From assembly GCA_050250895.1 (NCBI GenBank), contig JBFWNU010000001.1, positions 3,520,149 through 3,584,148 on the forward strand: a stretch of DNA of 64,000 nucleotides. The letters run 5' to 3'. Of this stretch, positions 1 to 8,289 are shown piece after piece. Position 1 is the first letter of the stretch, and every line of letters begins with the position of its first letter. The position numbers and the translations under genes are program-made. The notes below the pieces were generated by a model. That model was not told the DNA's origin, made no database searches, and worked only from the letters and a program-made list of their open reading frames with translations. Source of the DNA: Vulcanimicrobiota bacterium (GTDB taxonomy: Bacteria > Vulcanimicrobiota > Xenobia > Xenobiales > JADMJV01).

Positions 1-2
1 GC

Positions 3-1277
3 GGTCAAGGCGCCATCGGTCACGGCAACTCGGTGCCGCGCTTTCATGTGACCTGGGGGGCGGGACCGGGGGTGGTCGAGCCGTTCGAGCGGCTGGTGCG
101 CCAGGCTGCCGAGCGGGGGTTGGTCACCTTCAAGTTTCGTCACCGGGTCGAGCGACTCGAGCGAAAGGACGGGGCTGTCACCGGTATCTCGGGTCAGGTG
201 CTCAAAGACGACGGGGCCCAGCGCGGGTATCCCACCAACCGCGAAGTGGTGGGCGACTTTGCCTTCGAGGCGCCGGCGGTGATCGTGACCTCAGGCGGCA
301 TCGGGGCCAATCATGAGCTGGTGCGCAAGAACTGGCCCCAGCGTCTGGGCCAGGCTCCCCGGCGGCTCTTGACCGGCGTGCCTGACTACGTCGACGGACG
401 CATGCTGGCAGTGGCCGAGCAGGCCGGGGCCCGGCTCATCAACCGCGACCGAATGTGGCACTACACCGAGGGCATCGCCAACTGGGACTCTATCTGGACG
501 GGCCATGGCATCCGCATCTTGCCCGGCCCCTCCTCGATGTGGTTTGACGCCACCGGCAAGCGACTCCCCGTGCCGCTCTTTCCGGGCTTTGACACGCTGG
601 CCACCCTCGAGCATATCCTCAAAACAGGTTATGACTATTCGTGGTTTATCTTGACCCAGAAGATCATCGAGAAAGAGTTCGCGCTTTCGGGTTCAGAGCA
701 AAATCCCGACCTGACCGGCAAGAGCTTATGGAAGTTGTTGCAGCGGCTGGGCCCGGGGGCGCCTCCTCCGGTCGAGGCCTTCAAGCAGAAGGGGGCGGAC
801 TTCGTGGTGGCCCGCGAGCTGGGTGAACTGGTGCATGGCATGAACGCCCTCACTCCCGAGCCCCTTTTGGATGCGGCCTCGATCGAGCATCAGATTCGGG
901 TACGAGACGGGCAACTCGACAACCCCTTCTGTAAAGACCTGCAGGTGGTGGCTTTGCGCGGCTCTCGCAACTATCTGGGAGATCGCTTGCTGCGAGTGGC
1001 CGCTCCTCACAAGCTTCTCGACCCGGCCGCCGGGCCACTCATCGCCGTGCGCCTCAACATTCTCACCCGCAAGACCCTGGGTGGGCTCGAGACCGACCTC
1101 TCGGCTCGCGTGATCGGGGCTGATGGCCAGCCGATCGGGGGGCTGTATGCGGCCGGTGAGGTGGCCGGCTTCGGCGGGGGAGGCATGCACGGCTACCGCG
1201 CTTTGGAAGGAACCTTCTTGGGGGGCTGTATCTTCTCGGGTCGGACTGCCGGCCGCGCCGCCGCAGGGGCTGTTTAA
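3..1277 (+). CDS. FAD-binding dehydrogenase (KstD/FAD_binding_2-like, COG3573 type), 5'-truncated by the window edge
   Basis: Frame is open from nt 3 (GQGAIGHGNSVPRFHVTWG). Motifs TSGGIGAN, RKTLGGLETD, GLYAAGE and LEGTFLGGCIFSG. Confidence 0.85.
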   Translation, partial: GQGAIGHGNSVPRFHVTWGAGPGVVEPFERLVRQAAERGLVTFKFRHRVERLERKDGAVTGISGQVLKDDGAQRGYPTNREVVGDFAFEAPAVIVTSGGIGANHELVRKNWPQRLGQAPRRLLTGVPDYVDGRMLAVAEQAGARLINRDRMWHYTEGIANWDSIWTGHGIRILPGPSSMWFDATGKRLPVPLFPGFDTLATLEHILKTGYDYSWFILTQKIIEKEFALSGSEQNPDLTGKSLWKLLQRLGPGAPPPVEAFKQKGADFVVARELGELVHGMNALTPEPLLDAASIEHQIRVRDGQLDNPFCKDLQVVALRGSRNYLGDRLLRVAAPHKLLDPAAGPLIAVRLNILTRKTLGGLETDLSARVIGADGQPIGGLYAAGEVAGFGGGGMHGYRALEGTFLGGCIFSGRTAGRAAAGAV

Positions 1278-1282
1278 GAACA

Positions 1283-1305
1283 AAGCCGCACTTTTGGTGC
1301 GGCTT
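1283..1305 (-). terminator. Intrinsic terminator hairpin, possibly bidirectional
   Basis: Stem AAGCCGCAC/GTGCGGCTT with a 5-nt loop and a T-rich tail on the minus strand. Lies between two converging stop codons. Confidence 0.65.
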
Positions 1306-1309
1306 GCCT

Positions 1310-1375
1310 CTACCCGATACGGCAGACGAAAACGGCTACGGCGTACATCAACGCCAGAAGCATGAACGGTTCCAC
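1310..1375 (-). CDS. Small hydrophobic peptide, 21 aa (MEPFMLLALMYAVAVFVCRIG)
   Basis: GGAGG 8 nt before the GTG, one TM-like segment, and TAG immediately followed by a terminator hairpin. Confidence 0.5.
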   Translation of the reverse strand: MEPFMLLALMYAVAVFVCRIG

Positions 1376-1513
1376 TGGATATTCCTCCGGTCGAAGTTCC
1401 TCGCACACATGTTTGGTCCGATGAACGTTATTCCTCTCCAGGGGGAGAAAAATTCAATTCGAGGCTATCCAGCCGGCGGCAGGGTCAGGCCGGCGTCGGT
1501 TGAAGGCCCAGGC

Positions 1514-2545
1514 GTGCTAAACAAGAAGTCCATCGAATATCTACGGAGTCTGGTCGAGTGCCATGGAGGGCCCGGCTACGAGCAGGGCGTCCAACAACTT
1601 TTTCGCGAGCGGGTCGAGGCGTGTTGCCAGCAACTCGAGACCGATCGCCTGGGCTCGGTCGTGGCCGTGCGCAATCCTGAGGGTTCCCCGCGTATCTTGC
1701 TCGACGCCCATGCTGACGAGATTGCCTTTGTGGTCAAGCATATCGACGAGCAGGGCTTCTTGCACCTGGCCGCCTCGGGGGGCTGGGACGCCGAAGTGGT
1801 GGTCGGCCAGCGCGTGTTGGTGCATGGTATCGAGGGGCCGCGGTCGGGAGTGATCGGCAAGAAGGCTATCCACCTGATGGAGGAGTCCGAACTCTCGAAG
1901 AAATCGCAACTCGAGAAGCTGTGGGTCGACCTGGGGGCGCGCGACGGCGAGCAGGCGCGCCAGTGGGTCGAGATCGGCGACTCGGTGACGATGCACGCGC
2001 CTTTCACTCGGTTGCTCAACAATTGCGCCACCGCCAAGTCGTTCGACAACCGAGCCGGCCTGTTCGTGGTCAGCGAGACCCTGCGGGGGCTCAAGAAGTT
2101 CAAGGCGGCCGTCCATGGAGTCTCGGCGGTGCAAGAAGAGATCGGCTTGCGGGGGGCGGTGGCCACTGCCTATGCGGTCGAGCCCGACATCGCCGTGGCC
2201 ATCGATGTCACTCACGCCAACGACCAGCCCGATGGCGACCCTCGCAGAGTGGGCGACATCAAGTTGGGCAAGGGCCCGGTCATCGTGCGTGGGCCCAACG
2301 TCTGTCCCCAGGTGTTCGAGCGGCTGGTAAAGGTGGCCAGGAAGGGCAAGATCCCTCACCAGGTCGCCGCCAGCGGCCGTGGTACCGGCACCGATGCCAA
2401 CGTGATCCAGTTGAGTCGAAGCGGCGTCTCGACGGGACTGATCGGCCTGCCCTTGCGTTACATGCATAATCCTTGCGAGGTGCTCTCGCTCGAGGACCTC
2501 GAGAGCGCGGTCCGCTTGTTGATCGCCTTCGTCGAGTCCTACTAG
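1514..2545 (+). CDS. M42 family metallo-aminopeptidase
   Basis: Metal ligands DAHADE, FDNR, QEEIG, IDVT and YMH. Start reassigned to GTG 1514. Confidence 0.9.
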   Translation: MLNKKSIEYLRSLVECHGGPGYEQGVQQLFRERVEACCQQLETDRLGSVVAVRNPEGSPRILLDAHADEIAFVVKHIDEQGFLHLAASGGWDAEVVVGQRVLVHGIEGPRSGVIGKKAIHLMEESELSKKSQLEKLWVDLGARDGEQARQWVEIGDSVTMHAPFTRLLNNCATAKSFDNRAGLFVVSETLRGLKKFKAAVHGVSAVQEEIGLRGAVATAYAVEPDIAVAIDVTHANDQPDGDPRRVGDIKLGKGPVIVRGPNVCPQVFERLVKVARKGKIPHQVAASGRGTGTDANVIQLSRSGVSTGLIGLPLRYMHNPCEVLSLEDLESAVRLLIAFVESY

Positions 2546-2577
2546 GGGCAAGCGCGAGGGCGGCGAATCAGGCCAGC

Positions 2578-3381
2578 GTGAACGACGGACGTTACGAGCT
2601 GGCCAACATCGCTCGACTGGTGGTCGACAGCGAGTCGACCGAGGACGAGATGACCCTGGTCTTTCTTTGCGTGGTCAGCGGCCGCGAGACGGCGGTCCAG
2701 TGGCCGCTGAGCAAGGGAGTGAGTGTCGAGCAGTCGATCTTTGACGCTTTTCGCTCCGTCGAGAAAGAGTTCTTCTGGGACGGGCGCCGCTGGATCGGAT
2801 GGGATGCCAACGACCTGGTGGTGACCTTCCTGGGCCTGCTCGAACGCGACGAGTTAACCGGTTTCGAGAATCGGGTTTTGCTGGCCCGGGCCCTGCACGA
2901 GGTTTTGTGCACCGATGGCGTGTTGGCTCCCGAGGAGGAGAAGATGTTCGCCCAGTTCTGCCCCGAGTTCACCGACATGCCGGCCTTTGAACCGCTGCGC
3001 GACGAGGACTATCAAGGCCTGAGTCGGCGGGGTCGGGATGCCCTCTACGCCTTCTGTTGCGCCATGGCCATGTGCGACTTTGATTTGCACGACAGCGAAG
3101 AGCTATTGCTGAGCGGATTGGCCGATAGTCTGCGGCTGTCGTCTTTGAGAGCCTGGGAGTTGAACGAGGCGGCCCGACACTATCTAATCGACCGGTTGTT
3201 GGACAAGACCAGTTACGCCGAGGCGGTCGAATTGGGTCAGGCGTTGGGCCTGGAGCAGTCGACCGTGGACCGCCTGCGCGAGCGCCAGGTGCGCCGAAAG
3301 GAGCACGCCGGCCAGGCCGAACCAACGGGAAGGTCCGGCCTGGCGGCAGTGCTCGACGATTGGATGCTGCTCAATGGCTAG
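2578..3381 (+). CDS. TerB-like domain protein
   Basis: Two TerB-like motifs (DGVLAPEEEKM; AMAMCDFDLHDSEELLLSGLADSLRL). Start estimated. Confidence 0.55.
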   Translation: MNDGRYELANIARLVVDSESTEDEMTLVFLCVVSGRETAVQWPLSKGVSVEQSIFDAFRSVEKEFFWDGRRWIGWDANDLVVTFLGLLERDELTGFENRVLLARALHEVLCTDGVLAPEEEKMFAQFCPEFTDMPAFEPLRDEDYQGLSRRGRDALYAFCCAMAMCDFDLHDSEELLLSGLADSLRLSSLRAWELNEAARHYLIDRLLDKTSYAEAVELGQALGLEQSTVDRLRERQVRRKEHAGQAEPTGRSGLAAVLDDWMLLNG

Positions 3382-3386
3382 CGTCG

Positions 3387-3692
3387 CTAGCGTCGATAGG
3401 TGTAGTTGCCACCGCAAGAATTGCGATATCTGGCGTTGGTGGGGCGATAGACCGGCTGAGAATAGAAGGGCCGATAGTTGCCGAAGTTGCGGTAGTTATA
3501 GCCAGCGCGATAGTTGGTTGGGCACCGGTTGGATTGGTAGTTGCGACCGTAGCGTTGGGTATTGCCACGGTTGTGGTGAGAGCGCTGGCGATAGTGCTGA
3601 TTGCTCTTCTTGTTGTGGCATTGATTTGGCCGACTCCAGGCTGGCAGCGCCAGGCCGACCAGCAAGACAGCCAGCAACATCATCTTTTTCAT
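3387..3692 (-). CDS. Small secreted Asn/Tyr/Arg-rich protein
   Basis: GGAGGAGG RBS, Sec signal MKKMMLLAVLLVGLALPAWS, low-complexity mature part. Confidence 0.75.
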   Translation of the reverse strand: MKKMMLLAVLLVGLALPAWSRPNQCHNKKSNQHYRQRSHHNRGNTQRYGRNYQSNRCPTNYRAGYNYRNFGNYRPFYSQPVYRPTNARYRNSCGGNYTYRR

Positions 3693-3782
3693 GGCGAAGC
3701 TCCTCCTCCGCTGTGTGCGGATGTGATTGGGATTTTCTCATGATAAAGGAAGTTGGCTTGAGTTTTGTGACGGTTTCTGACA

Positions 3783-4235
3783 GTGCCTTCGGCTGACCAA
3801 TTCACCCGGCCCGAGCGGCTGCTCTTCTTGTGCTACGGCAACATCTGCCGCAGCCCTTTCGCGGCTGGCGTCTGGAGCCTTGGAGCGCCCGAGGCCCGTT
3901 CGGCGGGCTTCATCGAAAGCGAGGGGCGCACCACGCCGGCTACTTATCGCAGCTTGGCGGCCCGCCACGGAGTGGACCTCACCCGGCACGGATCCCGCTA
4001 CGCCGATGCCGAGCTGATCGCCTGGGCCCAGGCCATCGTAGTGATGGATGACCACAATCTAGACGACCTGCGCCGGCTGTATCCCGAGGCCGAAGAGCGC
4101 ACTTTCAGGTTGGGAGCATTTTTGGATAAGCCACGCCGGGAGATCGAGGATCCGTATTATTTGGACCTGGCCCGGGCGACCGAGGTCTATGCCCAGATGT
4201 ACGAAGCTGTAACGAACATGCTGGGTTTTCAATAA
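3783..4235 (+). CDS. Low-molecular-weight protein-tyrosine phosphatase
   Basis: P-loop CYGNICRS, plus IVVMD and IEDPYY. Confidence 0.9.
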   Translation: MPSADQFTRPERLLFLCYGNICRSPFAAGVWSLGAPEARSAGFIESEGRTTPATYRSLAARHGVDLTRHGSRYADAELIAWAQAIVVMDDHNLDDLRRLYPEAEERTFRLGAFLDKPRREIEDPYYLDLARATEVYAQMYEAVTNMLGFQ

Positions 4236-4259
4236 AATTTCATCGCCCCCCGGCATACT
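4227..4259 (+). promoter_or_regulatory. Shared tandem-box promoter
   Basis: TTTCAA-N5-TTTCAT-N10-CATACT. Confidence 0.5.
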
Positions 4260-4275
4260 GGTGGCGGAGGGTAGT

Positions 4276-5610
4276 ATGGGTCCACTACGCGTCAAGCTCT
4301 TTTTCACTAGCGATGAGCATGGTTATTTGGCCACGGCCGGCGCCATCGACAGGGTGGTGAACGAAGCTCGTTCGAAAGATCCCGATGGGGTCTTGTTCGT
4401 CTCCTGTGGGGATGTCTTCCAGGGAGCCTCTATCTCGGAGTTGCAGGACGGCAAGCCCGCCCTCGAGGTGCTGGGGGCAGCCCGCTATGATGTGGTCGAG
4501 GTCGGTAACCATGACTTCGACCGCGGGGTGAACTACATCAAAGATTGGATCGGCTCGGCCGAGTATCCGGTATTGGCCGCCAACGTGGTGGAGCAAGCGT
4601 CTGGTCAGCGTCTGGCCGGGACCAGGGGTCACCTCATCCGGGAGGTCAACGGTGTCAAGGTCGGCCTGGTGGGAGTGGTGACTCCCGAGACGGCTACCGT
4701 CAGCTACGCCGAGAATGTGCGGGGGCTGCGCTTTGAAGACCCGGTCGAGACGGTGCGCCGAGAGGTGGCCGAACTCAAGGCCGAAGGGGCCGAGGTGATT
4801 GGCGTGCTCAGCCATCTGGGCAGTACCGACGATGAGGTGTTGGCCCGGCAGGTTCCGGTCGACTTCATTCTGGGCGGGCACACTCATGAGGCCTTTCACG
4901 AGCCCAAGCACGTCAACGGCGTATTGATCTGTCAACCCGGGGCTTATCGCAAGTATCTTGGGTCACTCGAGCTCGAGGTCGACCCCGCCACCCGCAAGGT
5001 GACCGGCCACCACCATCAGTTGCTCGAGGTCGAGGCTCAAGAAACCGACTCAGAGGTGAGTGCGCTGGTGCGCCGCTATCGCGAGCGGGTCGAGCAAGCT
5101 ACCGGTCAGGTGGTCAGCTACGCCGACGGGGAATTGGTCCACAGCCACACCCAGGGGGGCAGTCTTGACGACGCGGTCGGGCAGGCCATGCTAGAACAAA
5201 CCGGCGCCGATGTGGCTCTCTTCAATCGTAAGCTGATTCGGGCCAATCTTCCCGGCGGCGAGCTCACCGCCGGAGCTCTGCTCAATGCCCTGCCTTTCGA
5301 TAATCGAGTGGTGACCATCGAGTTGACCCGCCAGCAGTTCGAGCAGGCCATGGCTAAAAGTGCCGATTATGGAGATCACCGCAGCCTGGTTCGCACCGAG
5401 GCCGGTCGACCGCTGGGTGAGACGATTCGAGTCGCCACCACCGACTTTCTGGCCCAGGGTGGCAACGGCTATTTCCAGGTCGTCAATAGCGCTTCGCACG
5501 GGATCGTGCGCGATGTGCTCGAGGGCCACCTGGATCGGGCCGCAGCCCGCCTGGGGTTGAGCTTGCCCAACCTCAACGCCATCGATGTCTTCCGCACCCT
5601 CAAAGGTTGA
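4276..5610 (+). CDS. Bifunctional metallophosphatase / 5'-nucleotidase
   Basis: TSDEHG, CGDVFQG, GNHDFD, LSHLG and GGHTH motifs, then a 5'-nucleotidase C-domain (LPFDNRV). GGAGG precedes ATG 4276. Confidence 0.9.
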   Translation: MGPLRVKLFFTSDEHGYLATAGAIDRVVNEARSKDPDGVLFVSCGDVFQGASISELQDGKPALEVLGAARYDVVEVGNHDFDRGVNYIKDWIGSAEYPVLAANVVEQASGQRLAGTRGHLIREVNGVKVGLVGVVTPETATVSYAENVRGLRFEDPVETVRREVAELKAEGAEVIGVLSHLGSTDDEVLARQVPVDFILGGHTHEAFHEPKHVNGVLICQPGAYRKYLGSLELEVDPATRKVTGHHHQLLEVEAQETDSEVSALVRRYRERVEQATGQVVSYADGELVHSHTQGGSLDDAVGQAMLEQTGADVALFNRKLIRANLPGGELTAGALLNALPFDNRVVTIELTRQQFEQAMAKSADYGDHRSLVRTEAGRPLGETIRVATTDFLAQGGNGYFQVVNSASHGIVRDVLEGHLDRAAARLGLSLPNLNAIDVFRTLKG

Positions 5611-5612
5611 AC

Positions 5613-5656
5613 GTTCATAACTCGGTAATGTTTGGCTAACAGTGGCTGCCTAGAGT
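5613..5656 (+). promoter_or_regulatory. Shared tandem-box promoter
   Basis: GTTCAT/GGTAAT/GCTAAC at an 11-bp period, then N10 and TAGAGT. Confidence 0.5.
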
Positions 5657-5695
5657 GAGGGCAGGTTCCAGCCTGCGCTCCCGATGGAGGCAGCT

Positions 5696-6679
5696 TTGAA
5701 GATCAACCCCGCCCTGACGGGCAAAGTCACCACCGTGGCCGAAGGCCGGGTCGGACGCCCCGACCTTTCAGGCGACGGCCGCACCGTCGTCTATCAAGAC
5801 ATGGTGCAAGACACGGCCGAGATCATGCGTTGGCGCGACGGACAGAGCGAGCAGCTCACCCACGACCGCTTTCCCGATGCCTGGGCCAGAACCAACCGCG
5901 ACGGCTCGACCGTGGTCTGGTGCCGTTTTAGCGCCGAGAGTCCGGCCGACGAGAGCGGACAGTGGGATGTGGTTCGCTGGCACGACGGTCAGGCCGAGTT
6001 CGTGGCCAACGGGCCGGGCAACGAGATGTCGGCCCAGGTTTCGGCCGACGGCCGGGTGGTCGTGTGGGATGACGACGGCGACGGAACCTTCAACCAGTGG
6101 AACATCGGCCGTTGGCAAGACGGCCAGCGTGAGAACGTCACTTCCGGGCCGGGCCTCAAACAGTTTCCGGTGCTGTCGGGCGACGGTCAACGGCTGGTCT
6201 TTCGCCGTGAGCACGAGGGCAAATCAAACTACTGGCTGCGTGACGAGGTCGGGGTGGTCAAGCCCCTGCTGGCAGGTGACTTCTCGAGCGCCAGTCTCAA
6301 CCATGACGGAAGCCTGATGGTCTACACCGACCACTCTAAAGCCGACGAGGACCTGTTCGTGCTGCACGAGCGCGATATGAGCCGGCACCTCGTGGCCGGC
6401 GAGCGTGAGGTCGACGAGACCTGGGCCAGCCTCTCGGCCGATGGTCAGACGGTAGCCTGGACCAACTTCGACCGCCGCAAGGGCAATCCGGCCGATACCA
6501 ACATCCTGGTGCGGCGGGGCGACCAGCAGGTGCAGGTGACCTTTGATGACGGCGGCCTCAACGCCATGCCCAAGCTGTCCGAGGACGGCAACACCCTGCT
6601 CTGGTACTGGGTCGATAAGGACGATAGCGCCCATCGCAAGATTCTCAAAGCGGATCTGAGCAACCTGTTCGAGAACTAA
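5696..6679 (+). CDS. TolB-like (PD40) beta-propeller protein
   Basis: Repeated LSGDG/SADG blades. GGAGG at 5686-5690 favours TTG 5696 (MKINP...) over ATG 5684. Confidence 0.75.
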   Translation: MKINPALTGKVTTVAEGRVGRPDLSGDGRTVVYQDMVQDTAEIMRWRDGQSEQLTHDRFPDAWARTNRDGSTVVWCRFSAESPADESGQWDVVRWHDGQAEFVANGPGNEMSAQVSADGRVVVWDDDGDGTFNQWNIGRWQDGQRENVTSGPGLKQFPVLSGDGQRLVFRREHEGKSNYWLRDEVGVVKPLLAGDFSSASLNHDGSLMVYTDHSKADEDLFVLHERDMSRHLVAGEREVDETWASLSADGQTVAWTNFDRRKGNPADTNILVRRGDQQVQVTFDDGGLNAMPKLSEDGNTLLWYWVDKDDSAHRKILKADLSNLFEN

Positions 6680-6686
6680 CCGCGCC

Positions 6687-7754
6687 ATGCAGCGCCTCGC
6701 CTGGATTCTCTGGCTGTTGACGGCCGTGGCCTGGGCTGACCCGGGTCGCGAGCTGTTGCGCAAATATCCCCTGATCGACGGCCACAACGACACGCCCTGG
6801 CAGTATCGCAAGCGGGTCAATAGCGACCTCGAGCGCATCGATTTGGCGCGCAGCACGGCCGGTATCGGCATGCAGACCGACCTGCCCCGGCTACGAAAAG
6901 GCGGGTTGGGGGCTCAGTTCTGGTCGATTTATCTGCCCAACGATGTGGCCAATCCCGTCCAGGCCTTCCGCAATCAGCTGGCTCTGGCTCGCCGTTTGGT
7001 GGCGCGTTATCCCGACCTCGAGCAGGCGCTGGATGCTGACGACATCGTGCGCATTCATCGTCAAGGCCGCATCGCCTCGCTCTATGGCCTCGAGGGTGGC
7101 CACGCCCTGGGCGGTGATGTAGCCCAGGTGGGCGTGCTCTATGGTCTGGGGGCGCGCTATCTGACCCTGACCCACACCCGCAGCAACGAACTGGCCGACT
7201 CTTCCGAGGGGCCTCGCCTGCACGGGGGGTTGTCCAAGGTGGGACGCCAGGTCGTCGTCGAGATGAATCTTCTGGGGATGCTCGTCGACCTGTCTCATGT
7301 CTCGGACGAGACCATGCGTGACGTGCTGGAACTGTCGAGCCGGCCGGTGGTGTTCACCCATTCCAATGTCCGGGCTCTGTGCAACCACCAGCGCAACGTG
7401 CCTGATGACGTGCTGCTAAAGTTGCGCGCCAACGGCGGCGTCATCATGGTGAGCTTCGTGCCCAGCTTCGTTTCGGAAGAGGTGCGCACCCAGCGTGCTC
7501 AGAGGGCGACCCTCGACCAGGTGGCTGACCACATCGACTATCTCAGAGAACTGATCGGGGTTGACCACATTGGCATCGGCTCGGACTTTGACGGAATCGA
7601 CCGGGGCCCGGTGGGCTTAGAAGACGTGTCCCGCTTTCCGGCCCTGGTCAACGAGTTGCTCAAGAGGGGATACAGCGAAGAGGAGCTGGCCAAGATCCTG
7701 GGGGGAAACCTGTTGCGAGTGTTGCGTGCCCAGGCCCACACCGGTCCAGGTTAG
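6687..7754 (+). CDS. M19 family membrane dipeptidase with signal peptide
   Basis: IDGHND, LEGGH, VDLSH, THSN and GIGSDFDG motifs. Confidence 0.92.
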   Translation: MQRLAWILWLLTAVAWADPGRELLRKYPLIDGHNDTPWQYRKRVNSDLERIDLARSTAGIGMQTDLPRLRKGGLGAQFWSIYLPNDVANPVQAFRNQLALARRLVARYPDLEQALDADDIVRIHRQGRIASLYGLEGGHALGGDVAQVGVLYGLGARYLTLTHTRSNELADSSEGPRLHGGLSKVGRQVVVEMNLLGMLVDLSHVSDETMRDVLELSSRPVVFTHSNVRALCNHQRNVPDDVLLKLRANGGVIMVSFVPSFVSEEVRTQRAQRATLDQVADHIDYLRELIGVDHIGIGSDFDGIDRGPVGLEDVSRFPALVNELLKRGYSEEELAKILGGNLLRVLRAQAHTGPG

Positions 7755-8074
7755 GCGGCGTTGGCCACCCACCAGCCCATGATCTCGAGGTCTGGCTGTT
7801 CGTCCCGAAAGCGCACCCCCACCACCTGACGCTCGCCACCCAGGCCCTGGGTCCAGGCCACTTGGCCGCGCACGCGCAACTCGCCGGTGGAGAAGGTCAG
7901 ATCGAATTCGATCTCTTCGCCTTTGGTGACGGGACCCTGAAGAACTGCTCTCATCCCGGTGCGAGAAACGTCGATGGCCATGCTGCGGCGTCCTTCGAAG
8001 TCGAATTCGCAGTTGACGGCATAGCGGGTGGCGTTGCGGCGGTTACTGAGGTTGAGCAGGTTGGTCTCTCGCAT
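7751..8074 (-). CDS. PilZ domain protein
   Basis: RRNATR and DVSRTG c-di-GMP-binding motifs; GVRF. Confidence 0.85.
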   Translation of the reverse strand: MRETNLLNLSNRRNATRYAVNCEFDFEGRRSMAIDVSRTGMRAVLQGPVTKGEEIEFDLTFSTGELRVRGQVAWTQGLGGERQVVGVRFRDEQPDLEIMGWWVANAA

Positions 8075-8289
8075 TGGCAGCTCCTTCTTCTGCTTAACTC
8101 CCTCCTTTGTAACAATTTGACTAGGGTAAAAGTGGAGCTGTTTGTTAAAAGTTTGTTGCCAAAAAATGGCCTTCCAGATTGCAGCATTCTTTGGTTAGAA
8201 GGGTTTTGGGCGGCAGGGGGTGTTACAAAATGTCGCAAGATTTGTAAATTCTTGCCGAAGCCGCGCTGAAAAAGTTAAAATCTCGCGGC

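Noticed and set aside
1304-1513. N-terminal extension of the M42 peptidase given in the ORF track
   Set aside because: It does not resemble M42 sequences, and the region holds an opposite-strand small ORF.
3740-3783. Another copy of the shared promoter upstream of the 3692 gene
   Set aside because: The TCA cores are spaced 9 and 10 bp apart, out of phase with the 11-bp pattern. It may still be regulatory.
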